A DNA stretch of 64,000 nucleotides from Psammoneis japonica (lineage: Eukaryota), in the NCBI GenBank assembly GCA_008632985.1, contig QPGO01000108.1, positions 52,476 to 116,475 on the forward strand, read 5' to 3'. The translations under genes were made by a program, and so were the position numbers. Within the stretch, counting starts at the first letter, position 1. Each line of letters starts with the position of its first letter. Shown in pieces: positions 1 to 11,695 of the stretch. The notes below the pieces were generated by a model, which saw nothing but the letters and a program-made list of their open reading frames with translations, was not told the origin of the DNA and did no database searches.

Positions 1-721
1 GAGTTGCTGCAATCGCAGCAAGCATGGCTGCATCTTCCAAGACATACGTGCCGGCTGGTGCCAGTTGCATTAAGTCCGCCGTGCACTCGGCAACTTGACA
101 CTGATCGTGGGTGAGGTCGCCCACAAGACCGAAGTGGCGGCCGTCCCAAGGCTGCGGGTCACCAACCACCGTGATCGGACAAGTGGAGATTCGATGGGAA
201 ACTTGAATCTTTCCCGGGTCATTTCCAAGGCCCTGCACGCGACAGTGGGTCACGACGGGCACAGGTGCGTCGTGACCGGACGCCGCGGTCAATCTTGTAA
301 ACAGCGCAGCGGGGCTGCAACGGGACTGGCCGTTTGCGACCGCGGCTGCATCTGCCACAGCACTCGCATGCGTGCCGCGGTGCGGATCCAACGCCTGCGT
401 GGCGTAGAAATCTGTGCACGTGCGTGTGGCGCGTGGAAGAGGTGGCATGGCCACCGGTTGTCCATGACCATGAACATTCGGTTGTCCGCCGGCTTGTGCC
501 GGTGGAACAGCCTGTGGCGGTGCTTGCGCGGCTGGAGGGGGCGGCTGTTGCTGCCCCTGTGGTGGGATTGGTGGCCCCTGAGGCGGGCCTTGTCCCTGCG
601 GTACTGGATATACAGGTGGCGCTACGTTGGGAGCCTGAGGCTCCTCTGGAGCTGGCGCTCCTGGATTCGCTGGAGGAAAACCTCCTGGATTCGCTGGAGG
701 AAAACCTCCTGGATTCAACAT
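1..721 (-). mobile_element. 5' part of a Pro/Gln-rich Gag-like ORF, probably ORF1 of a tyrosine-recombinase (DIRS/Ngaro-like) retrotransposon; runs off the left window edge
   Basis: Manual minus-strand translation from ATG 721 stays open to base 1: MLNPGGFPPANPGGFPPANPGAPAPEEPQ...KIQVSHRISTCPITVVGDPQPWDGRHFGLVGDLTHDQ. It is absent from the ORF track because there is no stop in the window. The HR..PWD..F...GD motif resembles diatom DIRS-type ORF1 as I recall it, unverified. A 24-bp tandem duplication lies at about 658-716. Confidence 0.55.
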
Positions 722-1066
722 GCTCAACGGCAACTTCTTCTACGGAAAACGAAAGAGAACAGCGGCGGAGGTATCCTGCGTCGAACCGATAGCGTTTTAA
801 TCTATCTACGGGCCGGCTTGCTGTTGTTGTTTCCAAAGGAATGAGAGGAAACAAAGCAGCCGGTGAGAGAGGCGGCCAGGAAGTTCGGGAACTTTCAAAT
901 GGAATGGGGAATCTCGCCTTGCGGATTGCTCGAGGACAGCGGGAAAGATGCGCATCATTGCTTTCTTCATTCCCGAGGACGAAATAAGAACAAAAGATCT
1001 TCATACATACTGTGTAGTTCATACCGGTAGCCTTCACATAATTCATCTTGAAGAACCGCACCAACC

Positions 1067-2167
1067 ATGGGAAAGCCCCTCACGACGGGGCGGTCCGCAA
1101 GGAGCGTTGTCGTCCTCCTTGCTTCTATTGTGTTACTGAAAACATACGCTTTTGTGGAACCGTCGTGGCAGAGACGATCAACTCTGCATTTTGCGCCGAA
1201 ACCATCTCCGAAAACAAGGGTGCATGCCTCCGCTGTGCGTGACTTGTTGACGGATGAATTTGCAGAGGAACTTGCTGAAGAAGCCAAAGAAAGGATCAAG
1301 ATTCCATTCCTTCCGGATCCTATTGTGGTATACTTATTGACACAGGCTATTGGGCAGATGTCAAAGGCACTGTCAACGGATACGTTAGGCAGGTTGAATG
1401 ACATGATCGCAGCCGAAAGCACTCCATCGAAATATGACGACACTCCAACTGCGGAGCGTGATTCTCTTGCCGATCAAATTGCTCTCGAGTTGAATCCAGT
1501 TATTGATGTTCCTGTCTTTGACGAAGAACAAGAGCAGCAGGCGCTTCAGCAAATAATGAGAGTTGTGCTCATGCTAATGACTACCACAGATCGACAGCGC
1601 AGGGCGGCTCGGATTGAAATGAAGGTAGACATGACTCGTGACTTGCTGCAATCAGAGTCGAGTCGGAAGAAGCTTGTGAAAACAATCAATGAAGCGATCG
1701 ATATACCCTTGTTGGACGAAGGGCAAGAAGGGGCCTTGTTGGAAACAGCAGTCAACTCTGTTTCAGGGACCCTTGAAAGCTTGCTACCGCCGCAACTTTT
1801 GGAGACCTTAAAGGGCGCAAATCCGAATGGCATCGCAGAAACAAAAGCCTATCTTATTGACACAGCTACAGAAAAGGTCGACATTGTAGGACTGAATGAA
1901 GAGCAAGAACGAGCTCTAATCACCGCCATGGTGGACATATTGATTGATACCTATGTGGACGACACGGAGCTTGAATTCTTGACAATGACGGCAAAACAAC
2001 AAAAGCAAGAGTTGACGGATCGCGTAAAGACTTTAGAATTAGAACTAGAGCAATGCCAGCGCCGCTTTGAACGCGAGAAAGAGGGCATTGAGTCAAAGAT
2101 TGCGCGTTTGGAGACTCGTCTGAAGAAACAGAAGAAACGATTGTTCTCGTTCGTTCGCAGAAACTAA
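1067..2167 (+). CDS. Uncharacterised, probably plastid-targeted protein with about 4 'IDIP.L.E.QE' repeats and a C-terminal coiled coil
   Basis: 366-aa intronless ORF. A hydrophobic signal ends at TYA|FVEP (ASAF-like), followed by a basic/Ser transit peptide. Repeats: IKIPFLPD, IDVPVFDEEQE, IDIPLLDEGQE, VDIVGLNEEQE. Confidence 0.85.
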   Translation: MGKPLTTGRSARSVVVLLASIVLLKTYAFVEPSWQRRSTLHFAPKPSPKTRVHASAVRDLLTDEFAEELAEEAKERIKIPFLPDPIVVYLLTQAIGQMSKALSTDTLGRLNDMIAAESTPSKYDDTPTAERDSLADQIALELNPVIDVPVFDEEQEQQALQQIMRVVLMLMTTTDRQRRAARIEMKVDMTRDLLQSESSRKKLVKTINEAIDIPLLDEGQEGALLETAVNSVSGTLESLLPPQLLETLKGANPNGIAETKAYLIDTATEKVDIVGLNEEQERALITAMVDILIDTYVDDTELEFLTMTAKQQKQELTDRVKTLELELEQCQRRFEREKEGIESKIARLETRLKKQKKRLFSFVRRN

Positions 2168-2689
2168 AGTATTACAAAGGATGCAGAAATGAGTCGTACC
2201 GTACATTGGAGCGATACATAGTTGCACCTTTTTATAATACCGTAGCAGGAGATGGTATGGCTACTGTAATGTCATTGATTTATCAAGCTAGCAGTACTCC
2301 TGGGGGTGTTGTCTCTTACAATGTCCAACTTATTACGTAGTCTAGCCGTTCAGCAAAATGGACTGTCTTTGTCATTCGTCGTGCTTGGTGCTTGCTTAGC
2401 TGTATAAGCCCTCTCTAGGGCCTACGCTTTGAGCGGCGTCGCATGCTTACGTGTACCAGGCATTCCTCACACCAGTTTCAAGCTAGACCTGTGCGTTCAT
2501 GTCCTGTCACGCTGGCACTATCTCTCTCGCTTTTTCAGCAAGGCTAATTATTCCTCCTCTTTGCTTCTCGTAGTAGATATTAGACGTATCCTTCGCTCTT
2601 TGAGCTCTAAACGGCTTGTTTTCTTTGTGTGTCCGAGGAAAAGGATGTTGCCGACGACGACCGCGAATGAACGAAGGCTCTGTCATCGG

Positions 2690-5470
2690 CCAGAATTCCA
2701 ACATGAGCCTTCGGTGGGGCACTTTTTGGCATTTAAAACATGATGACTTTGGGCTCGTGAAAATCAACATCACAGTGAATAAATCGTGCACCAACGAAAA
2801 ATCGATCAACACTGACAAAAATGCCCATGCTTTCCAGCCCAATGCCATCCTTTGTGCACTCCACCAGCCCACATTGTTTCACCCCAAACTCTCTCCCAAG
2901 ATCTTCCTGGCTGTGTACACCCAACAAATTCTCCTTGAGGACAGCTTTTGTCCAGCAAGAAATGATGCTCTCATCAACCCACCCCTCTGAAGCCTGCTTC
3001 TCTCTTGTGGCTCACACTCTGCCCCTTTCACATGTGTGCACCAGTGCTCACAATGCCGCAATGAGAGTCTTCAGATCTTGATCGCCTGTTGGCCACCCAC
3101 CCAGTCCTCTGCAAATGCTGCAAAAATTCAGATCCCAGACAAAAAACTGAACCCAAAATCTCCAAATGTCTGGCTCCTTTTGCTGCTCTTGTTTCTCAGC
3201 CAATGTCATGGGAAAGCTGCCAGGCACAAGGTGTCTTCTGAGAATGAGCAGATCTGTTGCAGCTTGCTGCTCATGTGCTGTCACCAACAACTCAAAAAAG
3301 CAAGTTTTGCAAGCTCAACAAATTTGCCCCCCCTTTCAATCTCTGAAGCTCTTGCCACTGCTGCTGCTGCTGCTGCTGCTGCTTTTTGCACTCCAGAAGC
3401 AGCTGAGGCTGTCCAGCACTTGTTTGGCCAGTGCTGGAGTCAGATTTCATTAACAACACATTGAACAATGACTCTTTTTTGGTTGTGTGCAACCCAGTTT
3501 CGAAGCTCTGTCCACAAGAAGCTGGAAATTCTGCTCCCTGGTGCAGCCTTTGCGCTCATGACTCGCAACTCTGTCAGCCTTTGTTGAAGCAGGTTCTGCC
3601 CCCACCACCAGTGCAAAATGGGTGTGGGGTGGCAAATGAGTCCGATGACCTTGCCAGTCTTTGTTGCAAGCAACATTTGCTTTCAAATCAAACCACACAG
3701 CCCATCTCATGTTCCAGCTGCTTTTGAAACCTTCCACCTCAAACACAATGAGAGCACAGCACACACATCATGTGCACAGTCGAAATTTCCCCAGACACAA
3801 TTTTTGCTCACACTTGCGGCACCTTGACTCATCAAGTTGTCAGGCTGCTCAAAAGTGCACACATCAGCAACATGAAGCTGCTGTTGAAGAGCCATTGCCA
3901 GCTGGGGATGAGAGCCACATTGCTGGCTGTTTTGGGTGCCTCCAGCTCTGGCACAAAAACAAGTCCTTTCAGGGGAGGCCCTGACCACATGTCAGAGGTG
4001 CTGGAGCACAGGAAAGTCAAGAAAAGTGTGGAAATGAGGAGGATGCAAACAAACAGTGGTCAATGTGTGGTGTGCTGGTGTGGAGAACAATGTGACAGTG
4101 CAAAGCTCCATCTTTTCCACAATGAAGTCATTGCACAAGGTCCCAGCCCCCCTCAGAACTCATGAGCAGAGCTCACAAGCATGTTGATGCTGAGATCACA
4201 TTGCATGCATGAGCTCTGGCCACAACCCAGATTTTACGTGGCTGACTCTTCCACCCCTGTGGCCAAACTCAAAGCTGCTCACTCAAAAAAGCTTTGACAT
4301 CACTTGACCAGGGTGTGGTGGTCAGTGACTTGCAGATTCCAGCTTGGGTGCACAAGCCACAAGCCATGTGTGTTTTGTGCCAGGGATCATTTTGAAAGAT
4401 TCTTCCTGCAGCACAGTGTGTGTTGACTCCTTGTGTCGGCAGTCACATCACGTGCCAGAAGATGCCAGCACACTGCATTGCTTGGACAAGGTGGCCAGCA
4501 TCACATGACTGACTGAAAAGTGCTGTGCAATGTGCTGCTTGGCATTGGCGCAACAAGCCAGTGCTCTGTCACTTTGTCAAGAGAGACTGTTGTGAGGACT
4601 GATGACCTGTGATGCAACCCCTGCTCCATCTTTGCATGATCTCCATCTTTGCATGATGTCTCTGGAAAGACAGATGACATTGGTTGTGTCTGGCTGTTCC
4701 ACAGAGCCTTGGAGGAGCTGGAGCATGTGCTGCCTGTTTCTCTGATGGCAGGGGCTGCTCTGTGGTTGGCCCTTGCTCAGCTGTTGTTGGGTGCTGACAA
4801 AGTGCCAAAAGACACACCATCTCCAGTCCTTTTGCTGCGTGCCCTGGAGGCCAGCTGTTTTCACACTCCATGACGTGACACCAGCACTTTGTCAAGGTCT
4901 GTCCTTGCCTCATCTCCTCTTGCACTTGCCCTCAGCTGAGCAGATGTGCCCATTGGAGCTGCTGCTTTGGAGCAAAACTTTGCAATCTCTGCTCCTTTGC
5001 TGAGGCTTCTTTCCCTGCCAAGCAAGCATGTCTCAAGGTGTTGCCACGGCAAAGAGGGAAGCTCCCATTTCAGATTGGAGGTTTGGCAACCCATGTGTCA
5101 AAAACAATGAGGACAGCTGCTCGTTTGAAAGAGGTCGTCTCTTCAGCAGGGGGCATTTTGCGCTTTCTCAAAAGTCTCAAAGATGCCCATTTAAAATCGG
5201 CAGCATTGCCATGGCCGCAGTTTTGGTTTTGGCTCTTTCATGTGGTGATCTCATTTGCTCTGCTTGCACTTTGCTGTGGCTGAGGCTGAGGCTGTGTGCT
5301 GCTGCTGCTTGACACCGGCACAAACTTGTGGCTGTTGTTGCTGCCTTTCTCTGCTGCTGGGCAATGGTCCCATTCCCTTGGAAAAAAGGTGTGCCAGCCG
5401 CCAAGCGTGTGCAGGCCCTCTGCTCTGCTGACAGCTGGCAGCTGCTGGCTCTCAGCTCTGCTGGCTGCTT
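2690..5470. repeat. CpG- and TpA-depleted degenerate block A (unidentified decayed repeat or pseudogene)
   Basis: TA is nearly absent, CG is reduced and TG/CA is in excess. Overlapping short ORFs in all frames are rich in C/H/Q/M and almost lack Y. A (CTG)n tract lies at 3358-3383. Confidence 0.8.
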
Positions 5471-5856
5471 CCACTCTAGAGCCAGCTCTAGCAGCTTGTA
5501 GAGAGATGGAACAGAGAGCGCTCTGCGGGCTTCCTCCAGCACTTTTCGAACCGAACGAGGAATTCCTCTTGCAGATTGCACGATTCAACGGAATGTCATC
5601 GACAATTTTTTAGCATACAAATGGATGGAGTGTCAAGAAGAAGATCATGATGATGTACGTTGCGTGACACTCGTGACTCGTGACATGCTGGAGGGGTACA
5701 GCACGTACAGCAAGTAGTGCCGTACATACTACCGGTACCTGCCGGTAACGACCAAGCAAAAAAAAGTTCGGGTTGCGGGTTGCGGGTTGCGGGGTCGCGG
5801 TCGCGGGACGTCGTTTAACACACTAAAAAGGACGGCAAAGAACATGCGCTGACAAA

Positions 5857-8574
5857 ATGGCAACGGCGTCGAACATGCATCCGTCGAGAAGAGAATCCTA
5901 TGGAGGAAGAGACGATGGAGGGCCAGCCTCCACTCACTATGGGCACTATGAGGATGAGCGGTGCAACACGGCACAACTACAGAGGTGCCCGGAGAAGTGG
6001 TCGATATCTTACAAACAGCTCATGGATGTGCGCCGGAAGGCTAAACGACTCTACAGCAAAGCAGAATACTCTACAAAGACGATGAGAGATATCGTGAAGG
6101 ATATAGTTACTCCAGTGTGTACGGATACAGGGGCGTCATATGCTCTGTACCTCAACATGAATGGGCTTAAGGCTGATGTGTTTGTCTCACATGCCTGGGC
6201 TGAACCATTCGACGCGTTTGTGGCATCGATTGAGAACGCTTTTCGAGCATGGGTTGAGAAGCCGAATCTGTGGATCTGTTCCTTTGCTCTTGTTCAGGGT
6301 GATTATGGCGTTGTCGGGAACCAGCTGGACGGTTCACTTGACGACGTACCGTTCGTCAAGGCTCTGAAAAGGACCAACGAGTTCCTCGTCGTTCGAAACT
6401 CAGAAGTGGACCTGTACAGCCGAATTTGGTGCGTGTGTGAGGCGATCTTTGCCAACAAGTTCAAGAAAAGAACAATGGTGACAGGTCCAACCACCTTTTC
6501 TGGTGTAACCACCAGCGTGTTGAGTGCGAAGTCATTCAACACCGATGACATGGCCAAGATCCTCAAGTTTCTTCTCACTCAGCACAACTACAAGGAAATC
6601 GATGAGATTGTCCAGAAGTTTCGATCGCACGACTCTCACATTTTAGGCAATGAAGAGACATCGACTTGCCAGACATACCATAAAAGCCTTGAGGGAGCAC
6701 ACAGGGGCGATGGCATGTTTGGTGCCGTGGACACTGAAGTCGTCGTGACTGACTCGATGACAAGGCCGCCTGGGACGCGCACTGGTAAGGCGAAAAAAGA
6801 GCCTTACCTTGGTCGTCGTATACCTCGTGATGTGCACGAAGAAGCCGAGTCTTTCGCCGAACAAAAACACAACGAAAACGAAATATTGGGCATCGAAAAG
6901 CCGATTCCTCCACCTGATGCGGCTGCGGCAAGGATGCCGTTCGAGAGCATCAACTATTGCCAAAAGCCTTTGCCGACTGGCAGGAAAGAGACCAAGCCGA
7001 TGGTTCAAGATGTGGAGGACGATGACACGGGACCTCCTAGTGTGATTGCATGCGACCAAGACGACGAACTCGACTCTCTTTCGCAGTCCATGCCATTTGT
7101 GAGTAAACCGTCAGCCAAAGTCAGTCGCGGCTTGTCAGATGAAGCTCTAGATCTGCGACTCAGGGAAATAAAAGACTTGTTGATCGACAGGAGGCGGCAA
7201 CAAGACAATGAGTCATCGCAATCGAAGAAAACCGATAACACCTCCCTTTCGAATGACTTGCAAACACGCCCATGCTTGTATTCGCAGCGCATTGCGTCCT
7301 TCCGGTCGACGGACTCGGCAAGGTATAGACGGCAGCGTGAACCACCTGCTTTTCACTGCTCAAACCTGAATGCCTTAAGGAGAGGGGGTTCGTCGGCGTC
7401 TTTTGGCTTCTTTCAGTATGAAGACGCTCCATGCAAACAAGACCCGCCTTCATCGCAAGGTGACGAGAAAAGTCAAAACGACCGTGAAGATGCCAGAGAG
7501 CAGGCAAGAAAGAAAAAGCCTTCGTCTTTCGAGCAGGACGTTGCAAAGGTGCATGCCACGAATTCGCACAATTCCGTAGAAGAACGGAAGGATCTCTTGG
7601 ACTTGCCCGGCAAGCGGCAAAAGGAAGAGCAAAGGAAAGGTGAAGCTGCACAATCCTCCAGAGGAAAGTGTGAACGACCCGATCAGCCCCCAGGACGACC
7701 TGGCCCCGGAGACGACAAACCATTGTCAACCACTTCCCAGGACTACCACGAATATAGGGGCCCTGACGCTTCGCGAAATGACAAAGGCATGGTGACTGAT
7801 TCTGCCGCACAAGACGGAGCAACCAATGTGGATACCCTAGGTTGTGGACCTGACGAAGGTGTCCTGTTTCAAACCATGCTCTTGGCTTCTATCACCGAGC
7901 TTGCCAGGCCTGAACCCGAAGAAAACAAGCCAAATAGTGCTGGGTACATGCCTCCACCTCCGCCAAAGTTATCAAGTCAGTCCTCAGATACCGATGCAGA
8001 CAAGCAGAAACAAAAGCGGCTGCGCGAATCCACTCAAGAAGAGCGCCGTGGCTTAATGGATTCAAAGCCCACGGAATCCCATCTCCGTCGCGGAAACCAT
8101 GATGATTCCGACGGCTCATTGCAACCCGTGATGACGGAACGTCGAGCTTCTCCCGAACCAACGGGGACATTACCGGGCGCTTACGCTGTTTCTGGTGCCA
8201 CTGGTTCGACGGCACGTCGAACTTCTCCAGAACCAACAGCAACATTACCTGGTGCCACTGAATCAGCAGGTACTGACTCAATGGACAATTTGACCGAATT
8301 GACGCCAGACCAACCCGCAAACAACGCAAATACAATTACAGATATGACAGATTCGACTCCAATTGCAGCCATCGTTCAAGACGAAGGTCGTGACGCGGAG
8401 ATACTAGAGCTCAAGGAAGCTGTGGCGGCCTTGCAACAAGAGAACCAGGCTGTTGTCCACGCCACCGTTCATCGCGCCATACCCGAGGAAGAGCCGAGAC
8501 GAAGAGGCTTTACGAAAAAGGCACGATCTTTGCTATCTCGTTTGGTGAAGCGAAAAACCGATTGCGACAGGTGA
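5857..8574 (+). CDS. Protein with an N-terminal HET-like domain and a long disordered C-terminus
   Basis: 905-aa ORF with motifs ADVFVSHAWAEPF, LWICSFALVQ and LYSRIWCVCEA, resembling the HET/TIR-like 'SH.W...WI....Q...R.W...E' pattern. The tail carries a duplicated RR.SPEPT.TLPGA and a PGAYAV motif. Confidence 0.8.
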   Translation: MATASNMHPSRRESYGGRDDGGPASTHYGHYEDERCNTAQLQRCPEKWSISYKQLMDVRRKAKRLYSKAEYSTKTMRDIVKDIVTPVCTDTGASYALYLNMNGLKADVFVSHAWAEPFDAFVASIENAFRAWVEKPNLWICSFALVQGDYGVVGNQLDGSLDDVPFVKALKRTNEFLVVRNSEVDLYSRIWCVCEAIFANKFKKRTMVTGPTTFSGVTTSVLSAKSFNTDDMAKILKFLLTQHNYKEIDEIVQKFRSHDSHILGNEETSTCQTYHKSLEGAHRGDGMFGAVDTEVVVTDSMTRPPGTRTGKAKKEPYLGRRIPRDVHEEAESFAEQKHNENEILGIEKPIPPPDAAAARMPFESINYCQKPLPTGRKETKPMVQDVEDDDTGPPSVIACDQDDELDSLSQSMPFVSKPSAKVSRGLSDEALDLRLREIKDLLIDRRRQQDNESSQSKKTDNTSLSNDLQTRPCLYSQRIASFRSTDSARYRRQREPPAFHCSNLNALRRGGSSASFGFFQYEDAPCKQDPPSSQGDEKSQNDREDAREQARKKKPSSFEQDVAKVHATNSHNSVEERKDLLDLPGKRQKEEQRKGEAAQSSRGKCERPDQPPGRPGPGDDKPLSTTSQDYHEYRGPDASRNDKGMVTDSAAQDGATNVDTLGCGPDEGVLFQTMLLASITELARPEPEENKPNSAGYMPPPPPKLSSQSSDTDADKQKQKRLRESTQEERRGLMDSKPTESHLRRGNHDDSDGSLQPVMTERRASPEPTGTLPGAYAVSGATGSTARRTSPEPTATLPGATESAGTDSMDNLTELTPDQPANNANTITDMTDSTPIAAIVQDEGRDAEILELKEAVAALQQENQAVVHATVHRAIPEEEPRRRGFTKKARSLLSRLVKRKTDCDR

Positions 8575-9279
8575 TCGAAACTGAGTCAGCCACTGGTCTA
8601 CATACTACCTTTATTTGTACATCCATTAGTTGCATCTATCAAAATGTCAACCCAAGATACCCACGTGACATTATGCACAACTGCACGTAGCAATAAACGA
8701 GACTAAAAGCTCAAGTGTTATATATTGCTAAGGAAGTGTATCGCGCCTCGGATATACAGATTGAGTCCATCAAGGTGAATGTGTCCATCAATTGGAATGC
8801 GCAACTGCTATGTACCACATAATTGTTGATCAACAGAGATTCGCCGCAGCTCAAAGCGACTGACTGACACCCTTGGAAGACTGCATCTGGCAGCACTTCT
8901 ATGCTGCAAACATTTAATTTTTGTCGAAGAATGGCGCTTTGAACGCATAGGCATGCAAATTGCCACCGATTTTGTTTGACGATAGCGAGCACCTCTTTGC
9001 AATGCATCCCTGTACTCTCCGGCGGATGTGTTTATAGGTATGGCAGGGTTCGACATCGACGCGTAGACATAGCAGTGAATGAGGTGTTCTCCGGCATTCT
9101 TCACAACAGTATCCGTGCAATTGGTTACGATGTATGCGTTACGTTGAAAGATGTAGGATGCTAGAAAATTTTGTATTATGCATTTGTGATCTGGAGTCTC
9201 CATGTTGCAACCGAGGCGCTTCAATGTCCCATACAAGCAGCCGCGAATGAACATGTACAGATCTAAATTAACAGCAAGA

Positions 9280-11420
9280 TCAGTAGTATAGCACCTCCAA
9301 CAAAGCAGCGTGCAACAGTAACAGCTGAATCATCCGTCGGCGATGCATCGTCCATGGTTGTCTCCTGAGTTGGAACCGATGATGTGGATTCCGTTCCCTT
9401 GGTCCATTTGTTGGACTTGAGGTATGACTTGCTGTTGGAGGTGGCGTTGAAGGTGTAACAGGAAGTTGGGAAGAAATGCCCTCAACGGTTGGTGATAGCG
9501 ACTGAAACGGTTTACCGGTAGCCGCAACAACACTAGGCATATACGATGGCACAGCTGATTGATCCAACATGCTTGGAAAAAAGGTTGGCAACTCAGAAGG
9601 CACATTAGTCGACGACGGCGAGAGGGTATTGGGAGGCGCAACAGACGGCAAGCGTGTTGGCGCACTGGACGGCAAAAGGTTGGCGAGCTTGTTGGAGAAC
9701 TTGTTATTGGTAAACGTGTCAGGACTGGTGTGACTGTTGGAACCATGGTTGGAGGCGGTGTCACGGACTCTTTCAGGCTATCCGTTACTCTAATGGAGAA
9801 GTCGCCCGTACTTGAAACGGAACAGCTGGTGCCTCCAACAAAGATGTAATAGAGTGAATCCTTTGTCGAGTTCCAGACTGCTTCTGTTGCTTCACCATGA
9901 ACACAGGATGAATCCGAAAAACGCTCACGACGAGTGGGTTCTCGCGTCTCGAGTCACAGGACGAATACACATGCATTTGTGTCACAAAGTTGGTTCGTGG
10001 AAAGCAGGTGGATGCAGTAAGTTACGCACCGTTCCGACCACAATGACCCAACTACCACATCGAGTCAAAACCGATCCTCCTTGAGTACGAAGCGAATCCG
10101 GCGTTGCATGGATGGAGGTGGTAATGGGACCATTCACAAGAAGCGGAGTTCCATCAAAATACAAGTCGTCTATGCTCGTACATCCACCAGGGATATGCCG
10201 AAATTGCCAACCGTGGCAGTCGCAGTTCCTCCAATAAAAATATAGCACAACTTGTTAGGGACCGAGTCCCGCGTGAGAACGGCCGCATTGATATTGTTGC
10301 ATTTAGCATCTTGTTCTCTGATCTCAAGATAGTTGGTCGATGGACTACAATCGTCCCGGAGCCACAATTGCGCTTCAAAAGCGCCGGAACGTGTCGACAC
10401 CGTCATGGTTCGTCCGTTCATCACTACTAAACTCTATACACGAGCACGTTCGATTTGAAACCACCAATTGTCAAGAAGACATTGACATATGACCCTTCTG
10501 TCGTTCCAGTGGCGGTTCCAGCATTGATTGACAGGGTCGTGGCGTCGGTGTACAAGACATCCGCTGGTCCTTCTGGAAGCGGATTCGGATTTGCCGTAGG
10601 TGTTGGACCCGGCCCCTCAACAGCCGGTGGCAACGGAACACTTGTACCCGACTCGTCCGTGACGCGAATTGCAAAATTGCCCCTGGTTGTTGGATCCACA
10701 CCGCCCACCTCAAGATGAAAGATAGAATTGGCGTCAGATGTCAACTTCACCGTTGCTTACGAGGATTGCTACAGCATGAGTCTGGAGTGTTGGCCGCAAT
10801 GGCATCCCTGGTCGACAAAAAAGTTGCTATCGTCGCTCTTGACGTAAATTTGTGCAATAGAATCTGTCGTATCAAAGCATGTAGTGGCTGTGAAATTCCC
10901 GACAATGCCAGTCACAAAGAACCATATTGCTCCGCGATACAAGATAGTCCTGTCATTCATTAGCATTTTTTTGTCTCGCGTTGCATTGGTGGTATCACTC
11001 ACAACCACGGGTCCATTGAGGGACATCATTGGCGGGAGCAACAACGTCCACACGGCGGAAATACCCAATTGACCGGAAATAACGTACTGTAAAGAGTAGA
11101 CGCTTCCACTCCTGATTTCACACTTTGCCTTCACGGCTCGTGCTGTATCGGTATCGTAGGAAACAGATTCAAGAATAGCATTCGAAGTGACATCACTACT
11201 TTCCCGTACATAGAGAAACGTTTGAAAGTCTGTTTGAGATGAACAAGTGGATACTTCAATCGCGTTTCCATTGCCCACTACACTGTACCAAACACGCTGC
11301 GGTGCGTCACATCGGCTCCATCAGTGCCATCTATCTAAAGGTGTCTTCCGAAGCATTCCCCGTTCCCCGGCGTCGAACCACAACACGGCTGACGAGCAGA
11401 TGCAGAAGCGAGCGCCATGA
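9280..11420 (-). pseudogene. Frameshifted gene for a secreted or surface protein with beta-sandwich-like repeats and a Pro/Thr/Ser linker
   Basis: Consecutive minus-strand fragments in different frames: VWYSVVGNGNAIEVSTCSSQTDFQTFLYV; GAIWFFVTGIVGNFTATTCFDTT; FHLEVGGVDPTTRGNFAIRV; and a PT-rich linker at 9280-9764. In-frame stops and shifts occur without obvious introns. Confidence 0.55.
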
Positions 11421-11695
11421 TGTGACCAAGCGACTAACAGACACACCGTTTTTCAAAATTTGAAAAATGTCTAAGTCTTTTTGACATTTGTCAAGATGAC
11501 TTCTAAGCAGGGCTTATGAAAACCACAATCACAAGTCTTTTCATTTTTTCATCTCAACACTCTGCCTATACTGCTTCTTTTCGCCCGTAGCTTGTTGCTT
11601 GCAGGGGCCAAGCAAAGCAAAGGTCCATCCCTTCGAAGGGATACACCGTTGAAAAAGAGCTTTCTTCGTACGCCACAAACCACGAACCAACTACC

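Noticed and set aside
95..1064. ORFs 95..844(+), 219..1064(-) and 334..792(+)
   Set aside because: Shadow or alternate frames of the Pro-rich minus-strand ORF starting at 721.
5769..5806. (CGGGTTG)3 plus CGGTCG tandem, telomere- or G4-like
   Set aside because: Too short and not a recognised telomere unit; no function supportable.
11449..11494. Two small hairpins (TTTTTCAAAATTTGAAAAA, TTGACATTTGTCAA) in a divergent intergenic region
   Set aside because: Short AT-rich palindromes are expected by chance.
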